Of a stretch of 64,000 nt of DNA, positions 1-8,932 are shown piece after piece. This DNA comes from Anaerolineae bacterium. Lineage in GTDB: Bacteria; Chloroflexota; Anaerolineae; B4-G1; SLSP01. The notes below the pieces were generated by a model, which was not told the origin of the DNA, ran no database searches, and saw nothing but the letters and a program-made list of their open reading frames with translations. How positions within the stretch are numbered: the first letter of the stretch is position 1; each line of letters opens with the position of its first letter. The DNA is taken from positions 697 to 64,696 of the forward strand of contig DAOTXC010000195.1 of NCBI GenBank assembly GCA_034435555.1, in the 5' to 3' direction. Both the position numbers and the translations under genes were made by a program.

Positions 1-1
1 A

Positions 2-292
2 CATGAGGACGCCCAGGGCCGCGCCTTTGTGGTGAACCTGGATCGGCGGGTGATTGTGGCGCTGTTGGGCGTGGGCTATGGCGGATTGGCGTTGAGCGTG
101 GCACTCCGGCAATTGCCGGTGTGGACGTTGCTGGGCGGCGCATCGCTGCCGCTGGCCCGGACGGTGCTGCGCGCCGTGTCCGACAATCGCAGCGAGATAC
201 AGGCCTATCTGTGGGCGACGGTCCGGGCGATTGGCGTGTTGATCGTCACGGGCCTGGGGCTGGCGCTGGGCTTCTTGCTGGCAAACGTGTGA
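2..292 (+). CDS. 3' end of a CDS entering from upstream of the window; hydrophobic C-terminal segment of an integral membrane protein
   Basis: Frame is open from nt 2 to TGA at 290-292; the translated segment is helical and hydrophobic (LLGVGYGGLALSVAL...VLIVTGLGLALGFLL). No function can be assigned. Confidence 0.4.
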   Translation, partial: HEDAQGRAFVVNLDRRVIVALLGVGYGGLALSVALRQLPVWTLLGGASLPLARTVLRAVSDNRSEIQAYLWATVRAIGVLIVTGLGLALGFLLANV

Positions 293-309
293 AACCTAGG
301 GAGGCAAAG

Positions 310-1218
310 ATGAGCAAGGTGAAGCAATGGCTAATCGTTTGGTTCAAGGCAGCGCGCGCCCCGTTTCTGGTGGTGAGCGCGATCCCGGCGTTGTTGGGCG
401 GTGTGATCGCCTATGCCCACGGCGCGTTCGATTGGACGGTCTTCCTGCTGGCGGCGGGCGGCGTCGTGATGGCGCACTCGGCGGCGGATTTCATTGACGA
501 CTACTTCGACTATCAGCACGGGAATCTGGGGAACAAAGTGCAACAGTTCCACGACAGCCCGCTCATCAGCGGGGAGGTGACGTTGCGCCAGGTCTTGGTG
601 GCGACGATTCTGTGTGCAGCGCTGGCCGCTGCCGCCGGGATCGCCTTGCTGGTGCGCGTGGGCGCACCGGTGCTCATCATGGCGGCCATCGGCGGTTTCA
701 TCGTGCTCTTTTACACCTCGCCGCCGGTGCGGTTGAACTATCGCGGCCTGGGGGAAACGGCGCTCTTCGTGGCCTTTGGGCCGGCGCTCGTCTTCGGCGT
801 CTATTTTGTGCTCACAGAGACCTTCAGCTGGGTGCCCCTGCTCGCCTCTTTCCCGCTAGGAATCTTCACGATGAATGTGGGGATTGTGAGCAATACCTTC
901 GATTACGACGACGACGTGCGTTCGGGAAAGTACACGCTGCCGGTGCGCCTGGGACAGCAACGGGCAGTGCAATTGTTGGCCGTACTAACCGCCGTTGCTT
1001 ACATCGAATTAGTGGCGGCTATCGCGTTCGGCTGGCTGCCGCTGTGGTGCGCGTTGGGGCTGCTGACCTTGCCGCTCGGCGTGGACACGGTGCGTCTGAC
1101 GGCGCGCTACGCGGATTCGAAGCAATACGCGCCGGCCATGGGCCGCGCCATCGCGCTATCGGCGCTGATGGGGTTGTTGCTGAGCCTGGGGTATTGGCTT
1201 TCGGTGATGCTGGGATGA
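310..1218 (+). CDS. UbiA-family aromatic prenyltransferase (MenA/UbiA-like), polytopic membrane protein
   Basis: ATG at 310 is preceded by GGGAGG (298-303); the listed ORF 121..1218 is an upstream in-frame extension. The protein is multi-TM with Asp-rich patches typical of UbiA prenyltransferases (DDYFDYQHGN, NTFDYDDDVRSGK). Confidence 0.8.
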   Translation: MSKVKQWLIVWFKAARAPFLVVSAIPALLGGVIAYAHGAFDWTVFLLAAGGVVMAHSAADFIDDYFDYQHGNLGNKVQQFHDSPLISGEVTLRQVLVATILCAALAAAAGIALLVRVGAPVLIMAAIGGFIVLFYTSPPVRLNYRGLGETALFVAFGPALVFGVYFVLTETFSWVPLLASFPLGIFTMNVGIVSNTFDYDDDVRSGKYTLPVRLGQQRAVQLLAVLTAVAYIELVAAIAFGWLPLWCALGLLTLPLGVDTVRLTARYADSKQYAPAMGRAIALSALMGLLLSLGYWLSVMLG

Positions 1219-1248
1219 CAAAGGCGCGAACCAAGTTCGCGCCTTTGT
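1219..1248. terminator. GC-rich 13-bp hairpin between the convergent UbiA gene and tRNA-Pro (no clear U-tract)
   Basis: ACAAAGGCGCGAA-ccaag-TTCGCGCCTTTGT perfect inverted repeat immediately after the ubiA stop codon. Confidence 0.4.
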
Positions 1249-1266
1249 GCTTGAAGTCTTCCTCAG

Positions 1267-1340
1267 TCGGGGCATGCGGATTTGAACCGCAGACCTCACG
1301 GACCCGAACCGTGCGCGCTACCAAGCTGCGCTATGCCCCG
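1267..1340 (-). tRNA. tRNA-Pro (anticodon CGG)
   Basis: The reverse complement folds as a canonical cloverleaf with a 7-bp acceptor stem CGGGGCA/TGCCCCG and a TTCAAAT T-loop. The anticodon loop is TTCGGGT; CCA is not encoded. Confidence 0.85.
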
Positions 1341-1389
1341 ATGACCTCCGCATGATACCACATTTGTTCGCTTTCGCAAGCGCCTCTGC

Positions 1390-1417
1390 TTGCCCTTTTG
1401 TCTGAGGCTGGTATGAT
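1390..1417 (+). promoter_or_regulatory. candidate sigma70-type promoter for uppP (-35 TTGCCC, 16-nt spacer, -10 TATGAT)
   Basis: The hexamers lie about 30 nt upstream of the GTG start at 1446. Confidence 0.3.
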
Positions 1418-1445
1418 GGCTGCATTCTGGTTAGGGAGGTAGTCT

Positions 1446-2252
1446 GTGTCCTGGTTACAAGCAATCTTTTTGGGTATTCTGCAAGGGGCAACGGAGTTCC
1501 TGCCGGTGAGCAGCTCCGGCCATCTGGTACTTGTTCCGTATCTTCTGGGCTGGACGCGCCACTCGCTCGCATTGGATGTGTTGTTGCATGTGGGCACGAT
1601 GGTCGCGGTGGTCATCTACTTCTGGAACGATCTCTGGACGCTGGCCCTGGCCGCGCTGGAGAGCGTGCGCACGCGCTCGCTGGCCGATCCACAGGCCCGG
1701 CTCGCGTGGGCTTTGGTGATTGGTAGCATCCCCGCCGCCCTCATCGGCTTCCTGTTCGAGGATTTTGTGGAGGGGCTGTTTGGAACGCCCCGCGCCGCCG
1801 CCGCCTTCCTGCTGGGGACCGCGCTGCTGCTGGTGCTTTCCGAGTACCTCTCCACACGCGAGCGCGCGTTGGAAACGCTCACCTGGCGCGATGCATTGCT
1901 CATCGGATTGGCGCAGACGTTGGCGTTGGCTCCGGGGTTGAGCCGCTCCGGCGCGACGATTGCGGCGGGCCTGCTGCTCGGCTACCGCCGCGATGAGGCG
2001 ACCCGCTTCAGCTTCCTGTTGGCCGTCCCCATCGTGTTGGGCGGGGGCGCCTATCAGCTCCTCAAGGCGGCGCTGTCGGGGATGGGGCAGGCGGACTGGC
2101 TCGTGATGGGCCTGGGCGGACTGGCGGCGGGCGTGACCGGCTACTTCGCCATCGCCGGATTGTTGGCCTACGTGCGTCGCCATCCGCTGTACCCCTTTGC
2201 GGCCTACTGCGCGCTCTTCGGCCTGCTGGTGCTGACGGGGATCTTGGGATGA
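1446..2252 (+). CDS. uppP: undecaprenyl-diphosphate phosphatase (BacA/UppP)
   Basis: GTG start with GGGAGG 7 nt upstream. N-terminal motif ATEFLPVSSSGHL and a later SRSG motif typical of BacA/UppP; multi-TM protein. Confidence 0.9.
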   Translation: MSWLQAIFLGILQGATEFLPVSSSGHLVLVPYLLGWTRHSLALDVLLHVGTMVAVVIYFWNDLWTLALAALESVRTRSLADPQARLAWALVIGSIPAALIGFLFEDFVEGLFGTPRAAAAFLLGTALLLVLSEYLSTRERALETLTWRDALLIGLAQTLALAPGLSRSGATIAAGLLLGYRRDEATRFSFLLAVPIVLGGGAYQLLKAALSGMGQADWLVMGLGGLAAGVTGYFAIAGLLAYVRRHPLYPFAAYCALFGLLVLTGILG

Positions 2253-3079
2253 ACGGTCGGCGCGCTTGGGGGCTGATGTGGGTCGCCTTGTTGGCGGGCT
2301 GCGCCGCGCCGCTGTCCCCGGTCACACCGTTAGTCGAAACGGCGAGCACCCCGGTTGAGACGGTGCGCGTCGTCTGCCCCGAATCGTTGGCCGGGACGCT
2401 CACGGCGCTGGCATCCACCTATCAGCGCGTTGAGCCGACCACGCAGCTGGTGGTGGTGCAACGCGCCGACCCGCTGGCGCTGGAGCTGCTGGCCCGTGGC
2501 GACGCCGATGTCGCGCTCCTCACCTGGCTGGGCGAGCCGCGTCCCGCCGAGCTCTGGACGACGCCCCTCGCCCACGATGGCCTCGCCGTGATCGTCCATC
2601 CCCAGAACGGCCTGCCCGGATTGACCCTGGGGCAGCTGCGCGAGCTCTTCCAGGGGCGCGCCGAGGACTGGGCCGTGTGGGGGGGATTGCCCGGCAGTCC
2701 GCAGATCATCAGCCGTGAAGAGAGCGCCGGCGATTTCGCCTTTTTGCAGGCGCGGGTGATGGGAGAAGCGCAGGTGACGCTCACGGCGCTGGTCGCGCCC
2801 ACCACGGAGGCAATGCTGGCGCAAGTGGCGGCGGAGCAGCTGGCGGTGGGCTATCTATCTGTGGCGCACCTCACCCCGCAGGTGCGCGCTCTCGCCATCG
2901 AGGGCGTCCCCCCCGCCCCGGAGATGATCGCAGCGGGGCACTATCCCCTCAGCCGCGACCTCTACGTGGCGACCCTGGGCGAACCGCAGAACGCGACGCG
3001 GGCCTTTATCCAATGGCTCTTAGGGCCAGAGGGACAGGCGCTCATCGCGGCGCAGGGATTCCAGCCGCTCTCCCCGTAG
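2249..3079 (+). CDS. lipoprotein, PstS-family (phosphate-binding-like) periplasmic substrate-binding domain protein
   Basis: The start overlaps the uppP stop (ATGA). Lipobox LLAGC is present. The GQLRELFQGRAEDWAVWGG segment resembles the PstS/PBP-like anion-binding motif. Confidence 0.65.
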   Translation: MNGRRAWGLMWVALLAGCAAPLSPVTPLVETASTPVETVRVVCPESLAGTLTALASTYQRVEPTTQLVVVQRADPLALELLARGDADVALLTWLGEPRPAELWTTPLAHDGLAVIVHPQNGLPGLTLGQLRELFQGRAEDWAVWGGLPGSPQIISREESAGDFAFLQARVMGEAQVTLTALVAPTTEAMLAQVAAEQLAVGYLSVAHLTPQVRALAIEGVPPAPEMIAAGHYPLSRDLYVATLGEPQNATRAFIQWLLGPEGQALIAAQGFQPLSP

Positions 3080-3080
3080 C

Positions 3081-4523
3081 TCAGGGATTGAAGTAGCGGT
3101 AGGTCAGCCGCCCGATGGTGGCAAAGGTCGCCTGACTCTCTTCCCAGGTGAGCCAGGCAGGCTGATAGATGAATGCCGCGATGACGAAATCGCTGTTGGG
3201 GCTGCGGACGAGCGCCACATCCGCGTAGGTCGCCCCAGACCAACCGGACTCGTGGGCCACCAACACCTCGTTGGCCGGTAGATGCGTCCCCAATAGCACC
3301 GGGGAGCGGTTCCGCCCCAACCAGTAGAGGATACTCTGGCATTTCTCCGGCGAGAGCGCCTCAGGATAGAGCGCCCGCAGGATGCCGCCATCATGCGCGC
3401 ATTGGTACAGCCCCTCGAAGAGCAGTCCCATGTCCAGCGGCGTTGTTTGTGCATAGGGGTCTGGCGCGGTGTCGAGATTGCCCTGCGCATTGGCCGGAGT
3501 GCTGATTTGCGGCGTGGGGAGGTTCTCCCGGAGCGTGTAGGGCGCGACCAGAAAGCTGTTCTGCATGTGCAGACTCTCAAGCAGCGCCGTGACCTGCAGC
3601 GAGCCTGTGTACGGATCGCCCGCCCCGATGCCCGCCAACAGCTGATCGGCGGCGAAGGGCTGGCTCAACAGCAACGTCTGGCTGACGAGCGCCGTGACTT
3701 GAGGGTCGGTGGGCAACGTCATGTTCCGGTATAGTTCGAGGACGATAGCCGGGTTAAGCAGCTGCATCCCGGAGAAGGCCACATTGCAATTGTAGCAGAG
3801 CTCCTGCCCGCTGCGCATATCCTTGATGAAGAGGCTCACCACGCCGGAGAAATCGGCCAGCTGCCCGGCGAGGGTCTCTTCCAGCACATCGAACGTGGGA
3901 TCAAGCACAGGCAGCACTTCCACCACAAGCGTCACCTCGCGTTCACTGGCCGAAAGCAACCCGACCAACACCAGCGGCAGCGAAGCTTCGATGTTGAGCC
4001 GGCGTCCCGGCTGCGGCGGACGAAAGGTGCCGGCCTCCGGCAGCGGGACCGCCTCGCGGGGTTCGTGATCGTACTGCTGCGCCACGCGCAGCAGGAAACT
4101 GTCCAGGCGCTCGCGGGAATAAGAGAAGACCGGCTGGATCTCCCTGGCCTGGGATTCGCGGCCCAGCACCGTATCCCCGATGTATTGGATGAAGCCCCGC
4201 AGCCCGGATTGGCCGAGCAGCACGGTGTTGAGATTTTCGGCGGTGGCATCCTGGTCCAATGCCAAATCCACCAGCTCGGGTGCGAGGGGGATTTGCTCGT
4301 CCTGGTAGTGCAGCAGCACGGTGGAGTTGAAGGCTTGCGAGACAGCGTTGAGCGCCTGCTGGCGCGTCATGCCGCCCACGGGCAAGCCCGCCATCGTGAC
4401 GCCATCCGGCAACACACGCTGGCTGGATTGCCAACCGGTATAGAACCACGCGATCCCTAAAATAAGGGGGGTGGCTAACATCACCAGGAGCAACCATCCG
4501 GCCCCTGAGCGTCGCTCGTACAC
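3081..4523 (-). CDS. membrane-anchored class-A beta-lactamase-like protein, possibly catalytically inactive
   Basis: N-terminal TM helix (WLLLVMLATPLILGIAWF). The central region aligns by eye to class-A beta-lactamase motifs with substitutions: SGMQ where S-x-x-K is expected, AADQ where SDN is expected, and ESG where KTG is expected. Confidence 0.55.
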   Translation of the reverse strand: MYERRSGAGWLLLVMLATPLILGIAWFYTGWQSSQRVLPDGVTMAGLPVGGMTRQQALNAVSQAFNSTVLLHYQDEQIPLAPELVDLALDQDATAENLNTVLLGQSGLRGFIQYIGDTVLGRESQAREIQPVFSYSRERLDSFLLRVAQQYDHEPREAVPLPEAGTFRPPQPGRRLNIEASLPLVLVGLLSASEREVTLVVEVLPVLDPTFDVLEETLAGQLADFSGVVSLFIKDMRSGQELCYNCNVAFSGMQLLNPAIVLELYRNMTLPTDPQVTALVSQTLLLSQPFAADQLLAGIGAGDPYTGSLQVTALLESLHMQNSFLVAPYTLRENLPTPQISTPANAQGNLDTAPDPYAQTTPLDMGLLFEGLYQCAHDGGILRALYPEALSPEKCQSILYWLGRNRSPVLLGTHLPANEVLVAHESGWSGATYADVALVRSPNSDFVIAAFIYQPAWLTWEESQATFATIGRLTYRYFNP

Positions 4524-4659
4524 TTTCCCTCTCTTTCCTGCAATCTAAGACCAGCTAAGTATAACCGGGTTGTCTTGCGCGTCAACCCCTAACCGCCTTC
4601 GAACCTTCTACAAGCCGCAGCCGGTTGCCTGTATCGAGAAAAGCGAGTAAACTAGGGCT

Positions 4660-5736
4660 ATGTATGATGAAACATTGGTCACAACGCTCGCCGATGATGT
4701 GCTCCACGCGATCTTCGAGGATGCCGCCATTGGCATCGCCCTGCTGGATGCGGAAGGACGGGTGCTGGAGAGCAACCCTGCCTTACAGACGATGCTGGCT
4801 CGCGATGCAGCAACCCTCGCGGGGACACCGCTGCGTGCCCACATGCATCCAGAGGCCAGCGAAACCGACCGCGCGCGCTTCTGTGACCTGATTGAGGGGA
4901 AGCGCAAGGACTACCAGTTGCAGGCGCGCTTCACACCCGCCACTGGCCCGGTCATCTGGGCGAACCTGACAGTCTCGCGGATTCGCCGCCAGCACCCCGA
5001 GACGCGCTACGCCATCGCGATGGTGGAGGATGTCACCGAACAGCAGCAGGCGCAGGCCGCGCTGATCCAGGCCGAGAAGCTGGCCGTCACCGGGCGGTTG
5101 GCGGCGTCGCTGGCGCACGAGATCAACAACCCGCTGCAAATTGTCATCGGCTGCCTGGGGCTGGCGGATGAGACGCTGGCCGAGGGCGGCGATGTAACCG
5201 TCTACTTGCAGATGGCCTCCGAGGAGCTCCGGCGCGCGGCGCGCATCGTCGCCCAGCTGCGCGATCTCAACCGCCGCTCGCAGCCGGAGGAGAAGGCCCC
5301 CACGGCGCTCGATGCGCTGCTGGAGCAAGTGTTGCTGCTCGCCCGCAGCAAGTGCCAGGAGCGCGGCATCGCCGTCGCCTGGGAGCGTGGCGAGCAGCCC
5401 GTGACTATTTCTGTGGTGCCGGATCGCATCCAGCAGGTCTTCCTCAACCTGGTGCTCAACGCTATCGAAGCGATGTCGGCGAGCGGGCGGTTGACCTTGC
5501 GCGTCACCGCGACGAAGCACCCCGCCGGCGCTTGCGTCACCATCGCCGATAGCGGGCCGGGGATGGCCTCGGAGGTGATATCGCAGCTCTTCGCGCCCTT
5601 TTTCACCACCAAGCCGGAGGGGATGGGATTGGGGCTGTTCATCAGCCAGAACATCGTGGCAGATCATGGTGGGCGCATCACAGTGGAGAGCCAGCCGGGG
5701 CAGGGAACGACCTTCAAGGTGTGGCTGCCCGCGTAG
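4660..5736 (+). CDS. PAS-domain sensor histidine kinase (HisKA + HATPase_c)
   Basis: N-terminal PAS-like region, an H-box (LAHEINNPLQ), and N/G boxes (LVLNAIEAM, DSGPGM, GMGLGL). Confidence 0.85.
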   Translation: MYDETLVTTLADDVLHAIFEDAAIGIALLDAEGRVLESNPALQTMLARDAATLAGTPLRAHMHPEASETDRARFCDLIEGKRKDYQLQARFTPATGPVIWANLTVSRIRRQHPETRYAIAMVEDVTEQQQAQAALIQAEKLAVTGRLAASLAHEINNPLQIVIGCLGLADETLAEGGDVTVYLQMASEELRRAARIVAQLRDLNRRSQPEEKAPTALDALLEQVLLLARSKCQERGIAVAWERGEQPVTISVVPDRIQQVFLNLVLNAIEAMSASGRLTLRVTATKHPAGACVTIADSGPGMASEVISQLFAPFFTTKPEGMGLGLFISQNIVADHGGRITVESQPGQGTTFKVWLPA

Positions 5737-5745
5737 GGAGGAAGG

Positions 5746-6468
5746 ATGACAGAACAGCAGATCCGCACGTTGATAGTGGATGACGAATCGGGCATCCGCT
5801 TCTTTCTCAGCCAGACCCTAGAGCGCGCCGGGCACGTAGTAACGACGGCGGCGAACGGCGAGCAGGCGTTGGCGGTGCTGCGCGACACGCCCTTCGAGCT
5901 GGTGCTGCTCGACCTCAAGCTCGGCGGGCGGGTGGACGGGCTGCGCGTCCTGGAAGCAGTGCGCTGGCGCTGGCCCACAGCGGCGGTGATCATCCTCACG
6001 GCGCACGGCTCACTCGAATCGGCGATGGACGCGATCCGCGAGGGGGTGGATCGCTACCTGCTCAAGCCGCTCACACCGCAGGAGCTGCGCGAGGCGGTCG
6101 CCGATGTGCTGGCGCGCCGCGAGCAGCGGTTGGCGCGGACAACGCCAGCGCCTGAGACGCAAGTGTTGGAGGAAGGCCCCTTCCGCGCTGATTTGCGCAC
6201 CCATGAGGTCTGGTACGCGGAGACGCTGTTGGAGCTCACCTCCAGTGAGTTCGCCCTGTTGACGCATCTAATGCGTAACGCCCAGCGGGTAGCGCCGGTG
6301 CAGGAATTGGTGCAGGTCGTGCGCGATTATCAGTCTGAAGACCTTCACGAGGCGCGGCAGATCATTCGCTGGTATATCCACACGCTACGGCGCAAGATCG
6401 AACCAGAGCCATCCACGCCGCGACATCTGATCAACGTGCGCGGCGTGGGCTACCGCTTCGTGCCGTAG
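5746..6468 (+). CDS. OmpR/PhoB-family response regulator (REC + winged-helix)
   Basis: REC motifs (LIVDDE, LVLLDLKL) and a C-terminal winged helix ending VRGVGYRFVP. The gene lies 10 nt after the kinase gene. Confidence 0.9.
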   Translation: MTEQQIRTLIVDDESGIRFFLSQTLERAGHVVTTAANGEQALAVLRDTPFELVLLDLKLGGRVDGLRVLEAVRWRWPTAAVIILTAHGSLESAMDAIREGVDRYLLKPLTPQELREAVADVLARREQRLARTTPAPETQVLEEGPFRADLRTHEVWYAETLLELTSSEFALLTHLMRNAQRVAPVQELVQVVRDYQSEDLHEARQIIRWYIHTLRRKIEPEPSTPRHLINVRGVGYRFVP

Positions 6469-6492
6469 ACTACACTGCACTTGGAAACCACG

Positions 6493-6519
6493 AGGACAGG
6501 TAACGCGTCTGTCCTTTTT
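6493..6519 (+). terminator. intrinsic terminator after the response-regulator gene
   Basis: GGACAG-gtaacgcgt-CTGTCC hairpin followed by TTTTT. Confidence 0.6.
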
Positions 6520-6666
6520 CGTTGCCACCAACGCAATCCTAACACTGCCAACGCAAGCCAATATCCCCCTCAATCCGTTGCGACCGTTGCACGGCCCCTG
6601 TTGTGATATGCTAAAGGTGTAAGTGCGCCTGCTACAAAAGGGCGCTTGGTGGAAGGAGTCAACACG

Positions 6667-7071
6667 TTGAACGAAGTGCGACGGCGTGTTTTGGTGGTGG
6701 ACGATGATGCGCGGGTGCGTTTTGTGTTGCGCGGGGCGTTACAAGGGCTAGGCGATGGCTACGAAATTCTCGCCGCCGGTGATAGCCAGGAAGCGCTGGC
6801 ACAGGTCAAGGCCCAGCCCATTGATCTGCTTATCACGGATCTGCGACTGCCACGGATGGACGGGATGCAACTGACCGCAGCCCTGGGCGCGGAAAACCCG
6901 GATCTGCAGATTGTATGGATCACAGCCTATGGCTGTCATCGGGTCTACGATGCGGGGCAGCGGTTGCAGATTACCTGCTGTTTGGATAAGCCACTAGAGA
7001 TTGATGCGCTCCGAGCAGTGGTACTGCGCATTCTCGAACCAGAGTGCAAGGAAGTCCCAGCCAAATCATAA
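6667..7071 (+). CDS. single-domain (CheY-like) response regulator receiver protein
   Basis: A TTG start at 6667 sits 8 nt after a perfect GGAAGGAG. The protein is REC-only (VLVVDDD, DLLITDLRLP). The listed ORF start at 6646 would place the RBS inside the gene. Confidence 0.75.
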   Translation: MNEVRRRVLVVDDDARVRFVLRGALQGLGDGYEILAAGDSQEALAQVKAQPIDLLITDLRLPRMDGMQLTAALGAENPDLQIVWITAYGCHRVYDAGQRLQITCCLDKPLEIDALRAVVLRILEPECKEVPAKS

Positions 7072-7092
7072 TGAAAAGGAAGGAAAATTAGT

Positions 7093-8241
7093 TTGATAAT
7101 GATAAGAGAAAATAATACGTTAGAGGGCCAACAGGCAAAGCCTAAGTGGTGGCAAATGCTGCTCAAGGGCGACTACTTCAACCGTATGCCCCGGCGCGGC
7201 GATGTCTGTGAAGCGCGCATCCTATCGCTCGCCGATCAGGACATCCTGGTGGAAATGGACGGCAAGCGCGATGGCGTCATCCAGCCGCGCGATTTGGAGA
7301 TGGTGGACCCGGAGTATGTGGCGCAGCTCGCCGAGGGTGATACGATACCCGTGCGGGTATTGACCGTCTCACAGCATCACGGCGGATTGATCGTCTCGCT
7401 CAGGCAAGGATTGCAACAGCAAGACTGGTTGCGCGCGAAGCGGCTATTGGAGAATGGCGAACTGGTCGAGGTGCAGGTCAACGGCGTCAATCGTGGCGGC
7501 GTGACCGTGGACTTCGGGCAGCTGCGGGGCTTCGTGCCCAATTCGCATCTGATGGCCTTGCCGCGTGGCTTGCGCAAAGATGAGCACGACCAGCGCAAAG
7601 AGGCGCTTATTGGCGAGACTTTGAAAGCTGTCGTCATTGATGTGAACCAGCGGCGTCACCGGCTGGTGCTTTCGGAGCGTCAGGCGCAACAGCAACAACG
7701 TCAGGAGCGGCTCGAAGAGCTCTACGAAGGCGCACTGGTGAAGGGCGTGGTTCGCAATCTGGTTGATTTCGGCGCTTTTGTAGACCTGGGCGGAATTGAT
7801 GGGCTGATCCACATCTCGGAGCTGGCGTGGCAGCACGTCAAGCATCCCAAGGATGTGTTGCGCGTGGGAGAGGAAATCGAAGTCTACGTCTTGGACGTGG
7901 ACCGCGAGCGCGAGCGCGTGGCCTTGAGCCGCAAGCGGGTGCTCCCCGATCCCTTCACCCTGATAACAGAACGCCTCAACGAAGGCGATGTGATTACCGG
8001 GGTCGTGACCAACGCCGTTTCCTTTGGCCTGTTCGTGGATGTTGGCGAGGGTGTTGAAGGACTCGTGCATACGTCTGAAATTCCGGCAGCGTGGGCCGAT
8101 TCCCAGGCGCTGGAGCCGGGCGCGCGCGTGCAAGTGAAGGTCCTCAGCATGGATCCTGTCGAGCAGCAGGTCGCGCTCCACCTGGAGCGAGTCCTCCCCA
8201 CAGAAGAAGAGGAAGAAGAGGAAGCCGCACCGCTCACGTAA
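7093..8241 (+). CDS. S1 RNA-binding domain protein (four S1 repeats, ribosomal protein S1-like) with a poly-Glu C-terminal tail
   Basis: Four repeats of the S1 signature (G-x-V-x-G-x-V...FGAFVDLGG.DGL.HISE.), and a C-terminus TEEEEEEEAAPLT. Whether this is the ribosomal rpsA or a paralogue cannot be decided from sequence. Confidence 0.8.
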   Translation: MIMIRENNTLEGQQAKPKWWQMLLKGDYFNRMPRRGDVCEARILSLADQDILVEMDGKRDGVIQPRDLEMVDPEYVAQLAEGDTIPVRVLTVSQHHGGLIVSLRQGLQQQDWLRAKRLLENGELVEVQVNGVNRGGVTVDFGQLRGFVPNSHLMALPRGLRKDEHDQRKEALIGETLKAVVIDVNQRRHRLVLSERQAQQQQRQERLEELYEGALVKGVVRNLVDFGAFVDLGGIDGLIHISELAWQHVKHPKDVLRVGEEIEVYVLDVDRERERVALSRKRVLPDPFTLITERLNEGDVITGVVTNAVSFGLFVDVGEGVEGLVHTSEIPAAWADSQALEPGARVQVKVLSMDPVEQQVALHLERVLPTEEEEEEEAAPLT

Positions 8242-8250
8242 GTCATCATC

Positions 8251-8287
8251 AAAAATACCCCCTCCCCTCGCAAATGAGGGAAGGGGG
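8251..8287 (-). terminator. intrinsic terminator of the GyrI-like gene (hairpin plus U-tract on the minus strand); may also stop the convergent S1 gene
   Basis: CCCCCTCCCCTC-gcaaat-GAGGGAAGGGGG stem (one mismatch), with AAAAATA on the plus side, which is a U-tract on the minus strand. Confidence 0.6.
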
Positions 8288-8305
8288 TAAGCGGGTAAGC
8301 GGGCG

Positions 8306-8779
8306 CTATTCCGCAATCGGCAGATACAGCTCCAGCACGAAATCGTGACCGGCCCGTTCCACGCGGAGGTGCTTCTCTAGCCACTGATGAGAGGCCTCGT
8401 GGTATGCGCTCTCCTCACGCCAGGTGACGAGCTGTTTCCAGGTCGCCGGGATGACCTGATACGCATCGCCCACGACCTCGCAGCGCGTCACTGCGTACAG
8501 CCCACCCGCAAATTCATGGATTTGCGCCTCATCCTCATTCGCCACCTCCGATCCGACCTCCAGCCAGTACTCGTAGCCGTAATTCGAGCTGCCGGGCGCG
8601 GGACTGGGATGATCGAAACCGAAGATGCGATGCGCCTCGGAGAAATCGAGCAGGCCGCGCGGCTCGGCCCAGGCGGCCAAACTCTGCCAGGCCAGCGTCT
8701 CTGGCTCTTTGCCGAACCCGTGAAAACGCGCCACACGCAGCGGTTCCAGCTCAACAATGCGAACTTCGATAGTGCTCAT
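8306..8779 (-). CDS. GyrI-like small-molecule-binding domain protein (AraC effector-binding / SbmC-like)
   Basis: 157 aa; the composition and motif pattern (EPLRVARFHGFG...YEYWLEV) are typical of the GyrI-like fold. Confidence 0.6.
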   Translation of the reverse strand: MSTIEVRIVELEPLRVARFHGFGKEPETLAWQSLAAWAEPRGLLDFSEAHRIFGFDHPSPAPGSSNYGYEYWLEVGSEVANEDEAQIHEFAGGLYAVTRCEVVGDAYQVIPATWKQLVTWREESAYHEASHQWLEKHLRVERAGHDFVLELYLPIAE

Positions 8780-8865
8780 AGGTGCTCTCCTTCAAGAAAT
8801 AAGATTTTGTTTGATCGCGGGTACACGCTGATGCTCTGGCGTCCCCCTCAATCTATCTCAAGTAT

Positions 8866-8891
8866 ACGCTAGCATATATAACATCTAGCGT
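8866..8891. promoter_or_regulatory. inverted repeat ACGCTAG-N12-CTAGCGT in the divergent GyrI-like/yafY intergenic region (candidate operator); a TATACT -10 hexamer lies at 8906-8911
   Basis: Two perfect 7-bp inverted arms separated by an AT-rich 12-mer lie between divergent starts at 8779 and 8933. Confidence 0.3.
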
Positions 8892-8932
8892 CAGTATTTT
8901 TATGGTATACTGGAAATTACTTGGAAGTGTGG

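Noticed and set aside
121-309. N-terminal extensions of the listed ORFs (ubiA 121-309, prx 10664-10789, murJ 29872-29928, apbC 35479-35919, trmFO 62554-62637, pmbA 32818-32976, hdrB 17653-17739)
   Set aside because: In each case an internal start with a well-spaced Shine-Dalgarno and a family-typical N-terminus exists. The extensions have no RBS, are Arg-rich, or overlap terminators or upstream genes.
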